Source of the DNA: Anaeramoeba ignava BMAN
Taxonomy: Eukaryota > Protista > Anaeramoebae
Assembly (NCBI GenBank): GCA_028826165.1
Contig: JAPDFW010000058.1
Coordinates: forward strand, 434,001 to 498,000
Direction of reading: 5' to 3'
DNA length: 64,000 nt
A program made the position numbers and the translations under genes. A model generated the notes under the pieces. The model searched no databases and had not been told where the DNA came from. It saw nothing but the letters and a program-made list of their open reading frames with translations. Of the stretch, positions 13,801 to 25,961 are shown in pieces (position 1 is the stretch's first letter; each line of letters starts with the position of its first letter).

Positions 13801-16800
13801 AAATTGCTTGGATCGTTGACAAAATTAGTGGGGTTGGGGAATGGATTATTTGCAAAATTATTTGGATTATTTACAAAATTTATTATATTATTATTATCCA
13901 TTAAAGTGCTTGTATTATTAATAATGTTATTCCCGTTAGTGACCATACTATTAATTATTGGAGTGTCTGGATCGTTTAAGATGGTATCACTAGTGTTGTG
14001 TATTTCTTCATGGTTTAATATTTCATTATTAAATAAATCAATTGGTTCGTTTTGGAAAAAATTTGGTTTGTTTGTGAAATTTTCTTGGTTATTTAATAGG
14101 CTTGGATCAATGATGTTCTCTTCGTTAATGAAGTTTTTTGGATAATATTCTTGCTCTTGGGATTTATGCCTTTGCTGTAGATATTGAGTCTCATTTTCTT
14201 TTCGAGTTGATCTCTCATGCTTTTTTTCTTCCAAGATTTCTTTTTCTTTCAGATTAGTTTTTGGGCGTTTTTCATCAAAATGACTTGATTTTTGGGAGTT
14301 TGGATATTCATTTTCATATTTATAAACTACATCATGGGTGATATTATTTGAGGTATATTTATAATATTGTCGGTAATCTGAATCTTTTTGATGATTTTTT
14401 TCTTCATCTCTTGAATGTTTTCTTGAATGTTCGTGATCGTAATTTTTTACTGTTTTTCTCTCTTCTCTTGATGGTTTCTTTCGATCCTTTTCGTATATTT
14501 TCTCGTTGTAATAAACATCACTAAATTTGTGTGGATTTTGAACTTGTTGATTTCTTTCTTCATTTTCAAAATGCTCTTTTTTGGGATTTCTTTCCCAATC
14601 TTTATAATTGCTGTTTTCCTTACTTTTATGTCTTCGGTAAGTTTCCACTTCCCTCTTTGCTTTGCTTCTTGAATCGTGGTTTTCATCATGAATTTGATGA
14701 TTCCTTGACAAACTTCTATTATGTATTCTTGAATCTGCCCGATCTTTTGAGAGTCTTTTGTGGCTGGGAATTGGATCTCGGATTTTTGATAATTCATTCC
14801 CACGAATTTTCCGTTCTTTATCATCATTCATATAATCATTTTGTTGCTTTCTTTCTTGATGCACTTGATTTGCTTCATGCTTTCGATGGTTTTTATTTGA
14901 CGTTTTTTTCTCATTTTTGGTCTTTGATTTAATACCAGTTTTCTTTCTGTTTTGATCATTTTGTTTTTTATCGGTCGATTTTATGGTGATACTATTTTTG
15001 TTAACTGGTCCTTCATGTGTATTTTCTTGGGATTTTTTTGTTTTTCTTTGCTTTGTATTTTTTGTATTTTGGGAAGTTGTCGTTTTGGCTTTGTCTTTTT
15101 TTTTTCTGACCGTTTTTTTCTGAAGTGAATTTTGGCTTTTCGGATCTGTTTTTTGTGATTTATTTTTTTCTCCTTTTTTGCTAACATTTTTCTTTGGAGA
15201 TTTTTTTCTTTTTTTGGTTTTATTTGATTTCTTAACTATTTGGTTCTTAGGATGAATTAATTCTTGTGATGGGATTTGATTTGGAAAATTATTTATTATT
15301 CTTGGTTGATTATTTGTGTTAATAGGATAACTTTTTGTTATATTTTCATCATTATATAGTATTTCTTGAAATTGGTTTATTTTAGGGAAATTTTCATAAC
15401 TAATGTTTGTGTTCTGGTAATTATTTGGGAATTTTTGATAAAGAATATTTGGATTTTCTTTATAAGAAGTTGTTTGATCTCGATTAATTATTTCTTTGTG
15501 TAAAGTATTATAATTATGGCTTGGATTTTCTTTCATTATTGGTGGTTTTATTTGGTAATCTTGATAGATATTATGGTTCGAAATTTGGTATTGATTTTGA
15601 ATTTCATATTCTTCATAGTTATTGGATTGGTTTTGTTTGGGAATTGAAGTGTCTTTAAACTTCGTAATTTGGTCATTTGGATTATTATGATTATTGATAT
15701 TTTTGATATTTTTGATATTTTTGATATTTTTGATATTTTTGATATTTTTGATATTTTGTTGATAAATAATATTTGGATATTCTTGATAAATTATATTTGG
15801 ATTATTAATATCTTTTTGATAATTAATATTTGGATTATTAATATCTTTTTGGTGATTAATATTTGGATATTCTTGATAAATAATATTTGGATTATTAATA
15901 TCTTTTTGATAATTAATATTTGGATTATTAATATTTTCTTGATAATTAATATTTGGATTATTAATATCTTTTTGATAATTAATATTTGGATTATTAATAT
16001 TTTCTTGATAAATAATATTTGGATTATTAATATTTTCTTGATAAATTATATCTGGATTTTCTTGATAAATAATATCTGGATTATTAATATCTTTTTGATA
16101 AATAATATTTGGATTATTAATATCTTTTTGATAAATTATATTTGGATTATTAATATATTCTTGATAAATTTGATTTTGATTTTTGATATCTCTTTGATAA
16201 TTAATATTTGGATTTTCTTGATAAATTATATTTGGATTATTAATATATTCTTGATAAATTTGATTTTGATTTTTGATATTTTCTTGATAATTAATATTTG
16301 GATTTTCTTGATAAATTATATTTTGATTATTAATATCTTCTTGATAAATTATATTTGGATTATTAATATCTTTTTGATAAATAATATCTGGATTATTAAT
16401 ATCTTCTTGGTAATTAATATTTGGATTATTAATATTTGGATTATTAATATCTTCTTGATAAATTATATTTTGATTATTAATATCTTCTTGATAAATTATA
16501 TTTGGATTATTAATATCTTTTTGATAAATAATATCTGGATTATTAATATCTTCTTGGTAATTAATATTTGGATTATTAATATCTTCTTGATAAATTATAT
16601 TTGGATTATTAATATCTTCTTGATAAATTTGGTTTTGATTTTTGATATCTTCTTGATAAATAATATTTGGATTATTACTATTTTCTTGGTAATTAATATT
16701 TGGATTATTAATATCTTCTTGATAAATTTGGTTTTGATCTTTGATATCTCTTTGGTAATTAATATTTGGATTATTAATATCTTTTTGATAATTAATATTT

Positions 16801-19800
16801 GGATTATTAATATCTTCTTGATAAATTTGGTTTTGATTTTTGATATCTCTTTGGTAATTAACATTTGGATTTTTGATATCTCTTTGGTAATTAATATTTG
16901 GATTATTGATATCTTTTTGGTAATTAATATTTGGATATTCTTGATAAATTGGTTTTTGATTTTTATTTTTGTTTAAATTTTGATTTGGAAAATGAGAATT
17001 TTGATAATAAAAAGTAGTATTTTCTAAACGAATATTTTGGTCATCAATTTGTTTTGTAAATAATCCTGAATTTATCCCTTTTGTTGCAGCTTTTTTTGGA
17101 GGGAAATTGTTTTTTGTTATAGTTGTAAATTTCATTGATTGAAAATCAAATGGATTTCTATCTGATATCAAATTGGCTTTGATTGTATTATGAACAGAAA
17201 TAGGCTTCTCTAAATTTTCACCGTTTAGATTATTATTAATTGTTATATTATTAATTGTTTTGTTCTTTATTTTATTTTTAATTATATTTTCATGATAAAT
17301 TTTTGTTGTTTTATTTTTTTGAGAATTTTCATTTCCATTTTCATTTTGGATTTGATTTTGAATATAATTTTCATTTTGAATATAATTTTGATTTCCATTT
17401 TCATTTTCAATTTGGTTTTTAATTTTAATTTCCATTTTCATTTTCATTTTGAATATAATTTTCATTTCCATTTTCATTTTCATTTTGATTTTCATTTTGA
17501 ATATAATTTTCATTTTGAATTAATATTTTGGAATATTATTTTCTTTTTGATATTTAATTTTATAATTTTCATTTTATTTTCATTTTGAATATAATTTTGA
17601 TTTTGAATATAATTTTGATTTTTGTTTAATTTTATTTAAATTTTGATTTTGAATTTGATTTTGATTTTGAATTTGATTTTCATTTTGAATTTGATTTTCA
17701 TTTTGGATTTGATTTTGAATATAATTTTCATTTTCATTTTGAAGCTTTTTAATTTTTTGTTATAGTTGTAAATTTCATTGATTGAAAATCAAATATAATT
17801 TTGATTTTGAATTTCATTTTCATTTTGATTTTCATTTTGAATTTTGATTTTGATTTTTAATTTTATATTTTTAATTTTGATTTCTTTTTTGATTTTTAAT
17901 TTATATTTTCAATAAATTTTTTTTGATTTTTGATTTTTGAATTTTCATTTTCATTTTCATTTTGATTTTGATTTTGAATATAATTTTCATTTTCATTTCA
18001 TTTTCATTTTCATTTTGATTTTCATTTTGATTTTGAATATAATTTTGATTTTGAATATAATTTTCATTTTTTTTTCATTTTGAATTTCATTTTGAATATT
18101 ATTTTCATTTTTTTGGATTTGATTTTCAATTTCATTTTGAATTTGATAATTTTCATTTTCAATTTGATTTTCATTTTGAATATAATTTTCATTTTCATTT
18201 CATTTTCATTTTCATTTTCATTTTCATTTTTTTCATTTTCATTTATAATTTTGATTTTGGATTTTATTTTTGGAATTTGATTTTGATTTTGATTTTGAAT
18301 ATAATTTTCATTTTGAATTTGATTTTCATTTTGGATTTGATTTTGATTTTGGATATAATTTTCATTTTCATTTTCATTTTGAATATAATTTTCATTTTGG
18401 GTTTGATTTTGAATATTATTTTCATTTTGAATATAATTTTCATTTTGATTTTCATTTTCATTTTGAATATAATTTTCATTTTGGATTTCATTTTGATTTT
18501 TCAATTTTGATTTCATTTTCATTTTGGATTTGATTTCATTTCATTTTTCATTTTGATTTTCATTTTCATTTTCATTTTTTTTCATTTTGGATTTTGATTT
18601 TGATTTTTCATTTTCAATTTCATTTTCATTTTGATTTTGATTTTATTTTCATTTTTGAATTTTATTTTCATTTTTGATTTTGATTTTCATTTTCATTTTG
18701 GATTTAATTTTCAATTGAATTTCATTTTTATTTTTATTTTCATTTTCATTTTCATTTTGAATATAATTTTCATTTTGAATATAATTTTCATTTTGAATAT
18801 AATTTTCATTTTCATTTTCATTTTCATTTTCATTTTGAATTTGGATATTATTTTCATTTTGAATATAATTTTGAATTTGATTTTGAATTTGATTTTCATT
18901 TTGAATTTGATTTTGATTTTGAATATAATTTTCATTTTGATTTTCATTTTGAATATAATTTTCATTTTCATTTTGATTTTCAATTTCATTTTGATTATGA
19001 TTTTGATTTTGAATTTCATTTTCATTTTCGTTTTGAATATAATTTTCATTTTGATTTTCATTTTCATTTTGATTTTCATTTTCATTTTCAATTTCATTTT
19101 CATTTTTATTTTGATTTTGATTTTGATTTTGATTTTCATTTTCATTTTCATTTTCATTTTCAATTTCAATTTCATTTTCAATTTCAATTTCATTTTCAAT
19201 TTCATTTTCAATTTCATTTTCAATTTCATTTTCGATTTCATTTTCATTTTCATTTTCATTTTCATTTTGATTTTTTATTTCAATTTCAATTTCATTTTCA
19301 TTTTGATTTTTTATTTCAGTTTCATTTTGATTTTCAATTTCAGTTTCATTTTCCTCTTCCTTTTTCCTCTTCTCTTTTTGTCTTCTAAGATATTTTTTCT
19401 TTCGAGATTCTTTCCTTCCATTTCTTGTTTTTTTTTGAAATGCATAATATTTTTTTCGTTTTGGTTTTCGATTTGGTTTTTTGATTGGTTTTTTATCTTC
19501 ATTTTTATCATTTTCAATTTCACTTTCATTTTCAATTTCATTTTCATTTTCATTTTCATTTTCATTTTCATTTTCATTTCAATTTCATTTTCATTTTCAT
19601 TTTCATTTTCATTTTCATTTTCAATTTCAATTTCATTTTCATTTTCATTTTCATTTTCATTTTCATTTTCAATTTCATTTTCAATTTCATTTTCAATTTC
19701 AATTTCAATTTCATCTTCATTTTCATTTTCATTTTCATTTTTATTTTTAGATTTTGATTTTAGTTTTGATTTTGGTTTTGATTGTTTTGATTTTGATCTT

Positions 19801-21208
19801 GATTTTGGTTTTGATTTTGTTTTGGTTTTGATTGTTTTGGTTTTGATTTTGGTTTTGATTTTGATTGTTTTGGTTTTGATCTTGATTTTGGTTTTGGTTT
19901 TTTATCTTCAATTTCATTTTCATTTTCATTTTGAATATAATTTTCATCTTCATTTTCATATTCATTTTCATATTCAATTTCATCTTCATTTTCAATTTCA
20001 TTTTCATTTTCATTTTGAATATAATTTTCATTTTCATTTTCAATTTCATTTTCATTTTCAATTTTATTTTCATTTTCATTTTGATTTTCATTTTCATTTT
20101 GATTTCATTTTCATTTTGATTTTCATTTTCATTTTTTTGATTTTGATTTTTTTCATTTTTTCATTTTCATTTTGATTTTCATTTTTCATTTTCATTTTAG
20201 ATTTTGATTTTAGTTTTTTTGATTTTCATTTCTTTTTTCATTTTCATTTTCATTTTTGGTTTTTCATTTTGATTTTCATTTTGATTTTTTTTTTTTTCAT
20301 TTTCATTTTGATTTTGATTTTCATTTTTCATTTTGATTTTCATTTTTGATTTTGATTTTTCATTGATTTTGATTTTGATTTTGATTTTGATCTTGATTTT
20401 GATTTTGATTGTTTTGATTTTGGTTTTGATTGTTTTGATTTTGATTTTGATTTTGGTTTTTTATCTTCAATTTCATTTTCATTTTCATTTTCATTTTCAA
20501 TTTCATTTTCATTTTCAATTTCATTTTCAATTTCAATTTCAATTTCATTTTCAATTTCATATTCATTTTCAATTTCATTTTCATCTTCATTTTCATATTC
20601 AATTTCAATTTCATTTTCAATTTCATCTTCATTTTCAATTTCATTTTCAATTTTTGATTTTGATTTTGATTTTGATTTTGATTTTGGTTTTGATTTAGAT
20701 TTTGATTTGGATTTTGGTTTTGGTTTTGATTTTTGTTTTGATTTTGATCTTGATTTTGATTTTTGTTTTGGTTTTGATTGTTTTGATTTTGATCTTGATT
20801 TTGATCTTGATTTTGATCTTGATTTTGGTTTTGATTTTGGTTTTTTATCTTCAATTTCATTTTTATCTTCATTTTCGATTTCATCTTCATTTTCATTTTC
20901 ATCATTTTCAATTTCATTTTCATCATTTTCAATTTCATCTTCATTTTCATCTTCATTTTCAATTTCATCTTCATTTTCATATTCAATTTCATTTTCATTT
21001 TCATTTTCATATTCAATTTCATTCTCATTTTCAATTTTTGATTTTGATTTAGATTTAGATTTTAGATTTTGATTTTGATTTTGATTTTGATTTTGATTTT
21101 GATTTTGATTTTTGGTTTTGATTTAGATTTTGATTTAGATTTTGATTTTGATTTTGGTTTTGATTTGGATTTGGATTTTGATTGCTTTGATGAATATAGA
21201 TTCTGCAT
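10879..21208 (-). CDS. SET1: Set1-like histone H3K4 methyltransferase with a very long low-complexity N-terminus; last exon 11049-10879, intron 12482-11050; 5' extent beyond 17513 uncertain
   Basis: SKIHNWGLFA, FIIEYIGEII, YMFRID, IIDATFKGNHARFINHCCD|PNCYARVI, GEELTYDY and post-SET CRCGSANCRGFLN*; candidate ATG at 21208 (MQNLYSSKQSKSK); 17500-21200 is frameshifted hexamer-derived sequence. Confidence 0.75.
11055..12480. repeat. Intronic ~11-bp degenerate repeat (AAATATTAAAT/C) in the SET1-like intron
   Basis: Visible array between GT (12482) and AG (11050). Confidence 0.85.
15700..16945 (-). repeat. Coding tandem repeat of a ~33-bp unit encoding INNPNI(I/N)YQ(E/K)D
   Basis: Roughly 35 imperfect copies inside the 1690-aa ORF. 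Confidence 0.9.
17330..21185. repeat. Mosaic of hexamer repeats (TTTTCA, TTTTGA, TTTCAA on +), probably coding EN/QN/SK dipeptide tracts on the minus strand
   Basis: Visible repeats with an embedded unique island at 19350-19500 (KKKQEMEGKNLERKNILEDKKRRGKRKR). Confidence 0.8.
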
Positions 21209-21556
21209 TATAAATAAATGTTGAAAAAAAAAAGTATTTATTTGTTGTTTTAATGTTTTGTTTAATTTTAAAAAAAAAAAAGAATAAAAAAAATGAATTT
21301 TATTTTATTTAAATTTATAAAAAATTTTTTTTAAAAAAGATCCGTTAAATAAAAAATAAAATAAAAAATAAACAAATAAAAACTTTTTTTGATTGAAAAT
21401 GAGACTCATTTATTGAGTTAAAAAAAAAAAGAAGAAGAAATTTTGAAAAAAAAAGAATTTGAAAGAAAAAAAAAAACGGAAGAGAAATTTGAAAGAATTT
21501 GGATTGGTTTCTCTTGTTGGTTTACACCATTTGGTTGAGCAAAGTAATTTATTAAT

Positions 21557-24500
21557 TTAAAGTTTGACGTTCAATGATTTTTCAATAACTCCAAAAGGCC
21601 AAACAACAATACGACCATCAAGACCAGTTGTTGCAAATCTTTGACCATGTTGAACTTGAATTGTTTTAATGCAGTTTTGATGGCATGTCTTTAAATCTGT
21701 TCCTTCCATTGTATCTTGTGCTCGAGTTACTCTTTGTTGAAATAAATCTCGTGATCTTGAAAAGTTTGAACTTTTTTTAGTTGGTCCTTCTGCAATAGAA
21801 CCTCTTGTTTTTTCAGTATCAATTTCACCAACAAATTTCCTTTTTAATTTTAATTTTGATTTTAATTTTAATTTTAATTTTAATTTTAATTTTAATTTTA
21901 ATTTTAATTTTAATTTTTAATTTTAATTTTAAATTTTAATTTTAATTTTAATTTTAATTTTAATTTTAATTTTAATTTTAATTTTAATTTTGATTTTAAT
22001 TTTAATTTTAATTTTAATTTTAATTTTAATTTTAATTTTAATTTTAATTTTAATTTTAATTAATTTTAATTTTAATTTTAATTTTTAATTTTAATTTTAA
22101 TTTTAATTTTAATTTTAATTTTAATTTTAATTTTAATTTTAATTTTAATTTTAATTTTAATTTTAATTTTAATTTTAATTTTAATTTTAATTTTAATTTT
22201 AATTTTAATTTTAATTTTAATTTTAAATTTAATTTTGATATCAATTTACCATTGATTTCCATCAAATTTAAAAAGATTTGGATTACTATCAAAACCAGCA
22301 GCAACATAAGAAGTTTCACTAAGAAAAGCACCACAAACAAATGGTAAATTTGGAGAATCATAAATTTGTTGATTAGCTGGATTTATAAATGCAACACGAG
22401 AATCATGTGTAGTGCAAGCACACCATTCTCCATTAGGTGAGAATGCAACAGATTGAACCCAACTAAGCATTGGGCTATCAAGAATTACACTTCCAAATTC
22501 TTGTACATTTGGACTTTTTTAATTTTAATTTTAATTTTAATTTTAATTTTAATTTTAATTTTAATATTGATTTTAATTTTAATTTTAATTTAATTTTTAT
22601 TTATAAATGAATTTTAATTTTAATTTTAATTTTAATTTTTATTTATAAATGAATTTTAATTTTAATTTTAATTTTAATTTTAATTTTAATATTTAATTTT
22701 AATTTTGATTTAAATTTTAATTTTAATTTTAATTTTAAATTTAATTTTAATTTTAATTTTAATTTTAATTAATTTTAATTTTAATTTTAATTTTAATTTT
22801 AATTTTAATTTTAATTTTAATTTTAATTTTAATTTTAATTTTAATTTTAATTTTAATTTTAATTTTAATTTTAAATTTTAAAATTAATTTTAATTTAATT
22901 TTTAATAAGAAAACAATTACTTTTTTTGATCAACTTCTTTAATGTGTGCAGAAAAAATTCTAACATGCATATCTGTTGAACCTACAACTAAACTAACATT
23001 ATCTGGAGACCAAGCAACACAAAGGGCAGTACTACGGAATTTTTTAATATGTTTTGAAACCCACCATTGTTGGTCTTCATCGAAATAACAAACAGAAACA
23101 ATTTTATCTCCAGAACTAACTGCAAATTTGTTTTCTTCTGGACTCCATTTTACATCAGTTGCTCCTCTTTGAATTCTTAAAAGTACAAGAACTGGTTTCC
23201 ATTTTTTTTCGGTTTTGCTGAATTCATATACATATGCATTTCGATCTTCTGAGCATGTTACAATTCGATTTGTTTTTGGTGCCCAATCAATTCCTGTGAT
23301 TAATTGTTGATGCTTTTTTAAAAAAAATGATAAAATATTTATTTTAATAATTAATTTAATATTTAATTTAATATTTAATTTTAATATTTAATTTAATTTT
23401 TAATTTAATATTTAATTTAATATTTGATTTAATATTTATTTTAATATTTAATTTAATATTTATTTTAATATTTAATTTAATATTTATTTTAATATTTAAT
23501 TTAATATTTAATTTAATATTTAATTTAATATTTATTTTAATATTTAATTTAATATTTAATTTAATATTTAATTTAATATTTATTTTAATATTTAATTTAA
23601 TATTTGATTTAATATTTATTTTAATATTTATTTTAATATTTATTTTAATATTTATTTTAATATTTATTTTAATTTTTATTTTATATTTAATTTAATATTT
23701 ATTTTAATTTTTATTTTAATATTTATTTTAATATTTATTCGATAATTTCCTTTTAAAAAATAACTTACATCATGAAATCTGTCAACAAATTCAAATTCTT
23801 TTCCTGCTGAATTATAAAGCTCAAGTTTGCTTGAATTTGGAGAAAAAGCAACAACTAAAAAATAAGAGAAACAAATTTAATTATAAATTTAATTATAAAT
23901 ATAATTATAAATTTAATTATAAATTTAATTATAAATATAATTATAAATTTAATTATAAATTTAATTATAAATTTAATTATAAATTTTGATATAAATTTTA
24001 TTATAAATTTAATTATAATTGAATTGATAAATTTTATTATAAATTTAATTATAATTGAATTGATAAATTTAAATATAAATTTAATTATAAATTTAATTAT
24101 AAATTTAATTATAAATTTAATTATAAATTTAATTATAAATTTAATTATAAATATAATTATAAATTTTATTATAAATATAATTATAAATATAATTATAAAT
24201 TTTATTATAAATATAATTATAAATATAATTATAAATTTTATTATAAATATAATTATAAATATAATTATAAATTTTATTATAAATATAATTACAAATATAA
24301 TTATAAATTTAATTATAAATTTAATTATAAATTTAATTATAAATTTAATTATAAATTTAATTATAAATATAATTATAAATTTAATTATAAATTTAATTAT
24401 AAATTTAAATATATATTTAATTATAAATTGAATTATAAATTTAGATATAAATTTAATTATAAATTTAATTATAAATTTAATTATAAATTTAATTATAAAT

Positions 24501-25228
24501 TTAATTATAAATTTAATTATAAATTTAATTATAAATTTAATTATAAATTTAATTATAAATTTAATTATAAATTTTGTTATAAATATAATTATAAATTTAA
24601 TTATAAATTTAATTATAAATTTAATTATATATTTAATTATAAATTTAATTATAAATTTAATTATAAATTTTGTTATAAATTTAATTATAAATATAATTAT
24701 AAATTTAATTATAAATTTAAATATATATTTAATTATAAATTGAATTATAAATTTAGATATAAATTTAATTATAAATTTAATTATAAATTTAATTATAAAT
24801 TTAATTATAAATATAATTATAAATTTAATTATAAATTTAATTATAAATATAATTATAAATTTAATTATAAATTTAATTATAAATATAATTATAAATTTAA
24901 TTATAATTGAATTGATAAATTTTGTTATAAATTTTGATATAAATTTGATTATAAATTTAATTATAAATTTAATTATATATTTAATTATAATTTTAATTAT
25001 AAATATAATTATAAATTTAATTATAAATTTAATTATAAATTTAATTATAAATTTTGATATAAATTTTATTATAAATTTAATTATAATTGAATTGATAAAT
25101 TTTGATATAAATTTTGATATAAATTTGATTATAAATTTAATTATAATTGAATTGATAAAATTACGAGACATGTCTTGGTTGAAGGCTGCAGTAGTAATTG
25201 AAGTTGCAACTCTTTGATTTCTTATCAT
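21557..25228 (-). CDS. ARPC1: Arp2/3 complex subunit 1 (p41, WD40); exons 25228-25165, 23854-23769, 23312-22921, 22513-22250, 21839-21557
   Basis: [72 protein letters not shown]; exons join in frame. Confidence 0.95.
23875..25160 (-). repeat. Intronic 12-bp tandem repeat (AAATTTATAATT)n on the sense strand of ARPC1 intron 1
   Basis: Visible array, same unit as 1675-2550. Confidence 0.95.
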
Positions 25229-25961
25229 TTTCTGAAATAAAAATAAAAATAAATTTTTGATTTGAAAATTTTAATTTTTCATTTTTAATTTAAAGATTAA
25301 TTTAAATATTAATATTAAATTTTAATTTATTTAATTTCTAAATTTTTTTTTTTACAAATTTAAACGAAAAAAAAATTAAAAAAAATGAAAAAAAAAAATA
25401 ATTAAAAAAAAATTTTTTTTTGCTTTTTTTTTTATTTTTTATTTTTTTAATTAAATTTAAAAAGGAGAAAATAAAATAATTCTCCTTTTTTATAATTAAA
25501 TTTTCTCCTTTTTTATAATTAAATTTTTTCTCCTTTTTTAATTATTTAAGATCAATAAAAAAAAAATAAATAAAAAATAAATAAAAATACCCCAAATTAA
25601 AATAATTTAATTAAAACAAAACAATTAAAACAAAACAAAATAAATTCCAAATAAGTTTTTAATTAATATGCCAAGTGGATTTTAAATTAAAATTAAAAAT
25701 AAAAAAAAAGCAAAAAAAATATAAAAAAAAATTAATTAAAATTTTTATTTTTCATTTTTTTTCTTTTTTTTCTTCTTTTTTTTTCTTTTTTTCTTTTTTT
25801 TTTTGTTTTAAATCCCTTTTTTGCTTTTACTTTTTTTTTTTATTTGTTATTACGCTCATTATTTTATTTTTATTTTTATTGATCACAAGAATCAACAAAA
25901 CAAAACAAAAATACACACAAAGTTTATAATTAAAACAAATTAAAATTTAAAACAAATTTAA

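Noticed and set aside
15669-21072. Long hydrophobic ORFs (INIWII, FIFIF, MKMKMK), and similar ones at 1672-2627, 23855-25217 and 33184-35213
   Set aside because: They are shadow frames of tandem repeats or intronic microsatellites; only the first 21 codons of the 23855-25228 ORF are real (ARPC1 exon 1).
21335-21545. Myb/MSA-like AACGG sites and ATGAGACTCAT upstream of the SET1-like start
   Set aside because: The motifs are too short, the region overlaps the ARPC1 3' flank, and the SET1 start itself is uncertain.
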